Assembly: GCA_012031535.1 (NCBI GenBank)
Contig: JAAUTI010000053.1
Span: 1-15,115, forward strand
Length of the DNA: 15,115 bases
Reading direction: 5' to 3'
Source of the DNA: Microcoleus sp. SM1_3_4
GTDB taxonomy: Bacteria; Cyanobacteriota; Cyanobacteriia; Cyanobacteriales; Microcoleaceae
This document shows, one piece after another, positions 14,493 to 15,115 of the stretch. The translations under genes were made by a program, and so were the position numbers. The notes under the pieces were generated by a model, which saw only the letters and a list, made by a program, of their open reading frames with translations, did no database searches and was not told where the DNA came from. Position 1 is the first letter of the stretch, and each line of letters begins with the position of its first letter.

Positions 14493-15115
14493 TTATCGTT
14501 GTCCCGATCGAATTGCGGAATTTGCTATTTGTACGACTTCTTGCTGCGTGCCATTTTTCCTGCTTACTCGATACAGTACGCCCAACCTTTGCCACTCAAC
14601 AAACGCATTGCAGTAAGCACCGCATTTATTAAAATACATCGCTTTCATTCCCCCTGCTAATTCTATACTCCTGTAAGTATCGCGCGGCAAATTAGAAGGC
14701 GGTGAAAAGGGTTCGCTTCTGATAGCTTCGATCGTCCCGAAATAGCAAGTTCTCGTGCGGCATCCTTTACCTAAATACATTCTCACGATGTAACCGTGGG
14801 AGCCTGCTTGCACGTCAAATTCGAGTTGCTGAGTGGCAGGTAAAAACAGCCTGCTGGGCAGAAATACAGGCACTCGCGTTTTGCCTTTAATTTGCTTAAA
14901 TATGTTATTTGCCGGAAAAGAACTGTTAGCTTTTTGCGTGCCTGAATTTTCGATCGGCCGTAATTGTTTGGCAAACTTCCGCCACTCTGAAAATCTGTTT
15001 TTAACGATATTGAAAGTAGGAATTAAATATTTTTCCACAGCCACAGATTGGCGGTTATTTGGGAGTTGGAAATTGCGACGGATGGTCGTTGTTTCTGGTT
15101 TCCCCAATCCGTAAG
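14493..15115 (-). CDS. hypothetical protein, C-terminal 204+ codons; ORF runs off the right window edge (N-terminus not in window)
   Basis: Long minus-strand ORF open to the window end, stop at 14493. Contains a Cys-containing C-terminal region (GKGCRTRTCYFG...YFNKCGAYCNAFVEWQRLGVLYRV). I could not place it in a family by eye. Coding-like composition. Confidence 0.45.
   Translation of the reverse strand, partial: YGLGKPETTTIRRNFQLPNNRQSVAVEKYLIPTFNIVKNRFSEWRKFAKQLRPIENSGTQKANSSFPANNIFKQIKGKTRVPVFLPSRLFLPATQQLEFDVQAGSHGYIVRMYLGKGCRTRTCYFGTIEAIRSEPFSPPSNLPRDTYRSIELAGGMKAMYFNKCGAYCNAFVEWQRLGVLYRVSRKNGTQQEVVQIANSAIRSGQR

Noticed and set aside
14493-15107. CHAP/NlpC-P60 cysteine peptidase assignment for the partial right-edge protein (Cys in FNKCGAYCNAFV, His in GSHGYIV)
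   Set aside because: The His-like motif precedes the Cys-like motif, opposite to the CHAP/NlpC-P60 order. No other supporting motifs. Left as hypothetical.
14783-15114. ORFs 14783-14974(-) and 14833-15114(+)
   Set aside because: Overlap the longer 14493-15107 minus-strand ORF; no features.

Overview
Cyanobacterial chromosomal window (HIP1-like GCGATCGC sites, repeat-rich intergenic regions, probably a filamentous Oscillatoriales-type genome). Gene content, left to right: the 5' end of a glucokinase gene (minus strand); an intact GDE-family amylo-alpha-1,6-glucosidase / glycogen-debranching gene (minus); a treZ-treY trehalose-synthesis gene pair (plus); a full-length homologue of the eukaryotic-type Major Vault Protein (minus, convergent with treY); a coiled-coil, highly acidic trypsin-like serine protease just upstream of the MVP gene; hemC (porphobilinogen deaminase); a Panacea/DUF4065 antitoxin-like gene followed in the same frame by a RelE/HigB-like small ORF; and a partial unknown gene at the right edge. 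Four genes (treZ, treY, MVP, hemC) are each broken into two to four ORF fragments by single-base frameshifts, several in A/T homopolymer runs. Because essential hemC is among them, I read these as sequencing indel errors, not real pseudogenes. Intergenic regions carry several short-repeat families. These include STRR-like heptamers (TTACCAA, CAACTGT), ATCTGCGTTW decamers, a CCCCTCTCCCCC motif, a perfect 38-bp tandem duplication upstream of MVP, and two copies of an element with paired AAACC-N-GGTTT palindromes spaced exactly 51 bp apart. The most interesting items are the bacterial vault-protein gene with its flanking palindromic repeats and unusual protease neighbour, and the Panacea-associated candidate toxin pair.
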